From the NCBI GenBank assembly GCA_028534125.1, contig CM052818.1, positions 2,110,001 to 2,174,000 on the forward strand: a stretch of DNA of 64,000 bases, given 5' to 3'. The stretch comes from Lama glama. Lineage: Eukaryota. Position 1 is the stretch's first letter; every line of letters starts with the position of its first letter. Positions 61,037 through 64,000 of the stretch are shown here, piece by piece. The position numbers were made by a program, and so were the translations under genes. The notes beneath the pieces were generated by a model that searched no databases, was not told the origin of the DNA, and was given only the letters and a program-made list of their open reading frames with translations.

Positions 61037-61440
61037 TGAGACAGGAGAGAAGGGGGCAGGGCACGGCCATTCCAGGAATGACACAGCAATTAGCACCCAG
61101 ATGGCGGAAGATTCATCTTCCAGTAGACCTTGAGCTTCATTAGACGCTGATTGTAATATATTTACATGGTGAATGGCACTCCCACAGGTACCATGACAGT
61201 TTCGAGGCTGACCATAAAAGGTCCAAAAGTGTGTGGTGGGAATCCCAGCCCCTTCCCCAAAGTAGTTGGAATAATCCTTGTTAGCATATGAAGCTACCAA
61301 GCCCATAAAATCTAATAACCACCTCACCTCATGGCCGCTCCCCCTTCTGAGTGAGATGGATTGCACTCTGTCTGTGGAGTGTGTGACTGCTTTTACTTTA
61401 GACTAAACACCCACCCCCATGCCTTGTGCCCTCCTCAGAC
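61037..61440 (+). mobile_element. MER41-like LTR, 3'-incomplete
   Basis: TGAGACAGGAGAGAAGGGGGCAGGGCACGGCCATTCCAGGAATGACA matches the reverse complement of the 50860-50909 end. CCCCTTCCCCAAAGTAGTTGGAATAATCC is shared with the other copies. Confidence 0.8.
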
Positions 61441-62149
61441 ATTTCCAGGTTATCCCCATTTAACAGATGAGGACCTGGAGCTCAGCACGGCGGTGCCTGT
61501 GAGCAATCCTGGCTGGGTGGCATGGATGTGCATGGAGCTGGGCTTCCTGGTCCCCAGCTCCCTCCAAGCATGAGCCCGATCAGACCTGACACCCGGAGGT
61601 CTAGGCTGGTGATGTCAGGGCTTAGGGCAAGAGGCTGGGGCAGCCCCCACCCAGACAGCGCCCCATGTGCTGGTCCACCTGGGAGCCAGAGTGCAGAAGA
61701 GTGTGTCTGTTCCTCCCTGCTGATGACACCCTGATGACGGCCCTGGGGCTGGACTTTCTGGGCCACTCGCTCCTTGCGGCTCCAAATCCAGCGCAGAAAG
61801 CTCCACCAGAAAGGGCCCCAGTGACGGCCCATCCCAGCAGCTACCAGCTAAAGCCTCCCCATTCCACCACAACCATCTGGCCATCCCTTTCTACAGATCA
61901 GTTCCGTGGCCTCTTCCAGGGAGACACACTGCTCCCCTCCCAGGCCTGGTCCCTGGCTTGGAATGCACACCCAGGCCGACCTCTCCATTTGGTTTCAGGG
62001 AGGGTTTGGTGCAAATGCCAGGCGAAGTCTCTGGTGGCTGGCCATGAGCATCTGCTGGAGCGTCCCCTTCCCCGAGCCCCGACACTTGCCCTTCAGCAGT
62101 GGCCCCTGAAGCCTCCTCTGTCTCCAGATGTTTGGTGTCCTGCAGCCTG

Positions 62150-62465
62150 GCTCCGCGGCGGCATTAATGGACCGTGGCGGCATGGAGGCTTCTGCTGGGC
62201 ACGATGGAGGTCAGTTTACTTAACTCGATTATAAACAAAAGCAATAATTAGCCTGGGTGAGGGAGCAAAGGGAAAAGGAATAAATCAAGCCGAGGCTGAA
62301 GAAACACCTGTGGAAAGAACTCCTCAGCTCGGGGGAACAGCAGCTGCAGTAAACAAACCACGAGCGACCTTGGCTCCCAGACTATTAATTTGCTGATTGT
62401 TGATGGGTTTACACAGCCTAAAATGGGAAGAAATCCACAGGCAGGCAGCAGCCCAATCGCCCTGT
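62150..62465. promoter_or_regulatory. Candidate FOX/homeodomain enhancer
   Basis: CATTAATG 62162, ATAAACAA 62231-62238, TAATTA 62245-62250, ATAAATCA 62280-62287, GTAAACAA 62349-62356, ATTAATT about 62384. Confidence 0.5.
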
Positions 62466-62797
62466 GTGGGAGCATTTAGTCACTGAATTAGTGGAGGTGG
62501 GTCAGTCCTGGTCCGGGGCCGTGGGCCCGGGTCGGGGCTCCACCGTCGCTGGGGCCCCCAATGGCAGCTGCACCCTCTGCAGACTCAGACACAGAAGGAG
62601 AGGGGTGGGGTCGGCGTCGCACTCAGACAGCTACGGTGGGGAGCAGAACCAGACAGGTCTATGTACTGGTCGGGACTTTGGGTTGCAACTTGAACCAGTT
62701 TAGGAAAAAAGGATGAATATTTTCTCAGAGAATTCAACCAAGTCATGGCAAGAGCAAGGATGCAACTGGGCTTCAGGAAACCTTCCGGCACCCGGGT

Positions 62798-62836
62798 TCC
62801 TCCCTCCCTCCCTCCCTCCCTCCCTCTCTCTCTCTC
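62798..62836. repeat. (CCCT)n-(CT)n polypyrimidine microsatellite
   Basis: Read directly from the sequence. Confidence 0.9.
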
Positions 62837-63479
62837 ATCTCCATCTCCGTCTCTCATCCACACCTCTGTGCGTTCGCTTCCTTACTTACTTACTGCACAA
62901 CGGCGTTCTTCACACAGACAAAAATGGACCCCAAGTGTTTCCAAGTTTTACCCCTTCAACCTCATTCTCTTTCTCAGTTTCTGTTTTAAAAAGTAAATCA
63001 GGGGATGACTAAATTGAGCAGGGTGGTGGGTCTTGAACAAATGGACCAGAACCGGAAGGGTAAGGGGCTATGGTTGACCCAGCCTGGGAAAGACCCAGCT
63101 GTGCCAAAGACCCGGCTAGTCTGCACTCTTCAGCCACATGGGTGGTGGGGATGGAAGGGAAGGGAGACAGCTCTGGCTGGAAGGAGAGGGGAGGGGGCTG
63201 GGTGTTCATGCCACAGCTGGATGCTGCAGCTCAGTTAACAGTCTCAGTGAAGAACCACAATGGCAGTGCGAGCAGCAGGAGTGCAGGGTGAAGAACACGT
63301 GACTGAGTTGGGTGGATGGAAGGAGGTGGCACCATGGTGAGTGAAGACGGGGAACGTCCCTCCAAGCTGAGAGGAGCAAATGGCAAAAGATGTGGGAGCC
63401 TGAGAGTACGTGGCTGTGACAAGAAATGGTACCTCTGGGTGATGGGGTGGCAGCTGGGCCTGAAAAACCCGATGGGCCG

Positions 63480-63820
63480 TTGACTTTATTATCTAGTCAA
63501 TGAGGAGTCATTGCTGTCGTTTGAGCCAGGGTGATATGATCATACATTCATTCAACAAACACTTCCTGGATGCTGGTTATTTTCCAGGCCTTGTGCCTAG
63601 TGCTGGGGACAGGGAGAAGGAAAGCACATGGCCCTGCCCCACCGAGAGCCTCTGGGCAGGTGAGAGAGATGTGGAAATGGGTGGTCACTGTGCTGGCTTT
63701 AGGGCAGAGAGAGGCTGTACCACTGAGGCTGGGGCTGGAGTTATGTCCCCTCCCCACAAAGGCATGGAAGGGAGACAGAAAAAGCTTCCCAGAGGGGTCG
63801 ACACTTAGGCTGAGTCCTGG
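63480..63820 (-). mobile_element. L2 LINE fragments
   Basis: CATTCATTCAACAAACACTTCCTGGATGC...CCAGGCCTTGTGCCTAGTGCTGGGGACA and TTTGAGCCAGGGTGATATGATCA. Confidence 0.7.
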
Positions 63821-64000
63821 GGGCTGAGCAGGTGTCTGCCACCTGGTTGGGGAGGTGGAAAGAATGGGATGAATGGGAAACCCAGGCCAAGGAAGGGGAG
63901 GTGCAGTTTTCAGAGGTCACAAAGCTGCTGCTAATAGCAAAGCCAGAATAAGGAGAAATAGGGCCTGGGCTGAAAGGAGAAACAGAAGCCAGCTGGGTGC

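Overview
This is mammalian genomic DNA, most likely camelid: two tRNA-Ala-derived vic-1-like SINEs and young cetartiodactyl-type L1 3' ends are present. I find no recognisable protein-coding gene, processed pseudogene or structural RNA gene, and the listed ORFs behave like chance ORFs in GC-rich DNA. The window has three parts. About 1-33.8 kb is GC-rich non-coding DNA with MIR/L2 relics. About 33.8-48 kb is an AT-rich pile of nested old L1s and LTRs ending in a 500-N gap. About 48.5-64 kb is GC-rich again with a cluster of solo LTRs. The most notable non-repeat signals are several short islands dense in developmental transcription factor motifs (TCF/LEF, PBX-HOX, CDX/posterior HOX, FOX, octamer), including an orphan CpG-rich patch at about 24 kb. 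These suggest a regulatory gene desert or large intron near an unidentified developmental gene. Other notable items are a perfect 33-bp palindrome overlapping a CTCF-like motif, a CCAAT-amplified ERV LTR, MER41-like LTRs with GAS motifs and an L1 with a twin-priming-type inversion. I cannot support a claim of a new biological system. Repeat family names come from recalled consensus sequences and need RepeatMasker/Dfam confirmation, and many repeat boundaries are approximate.
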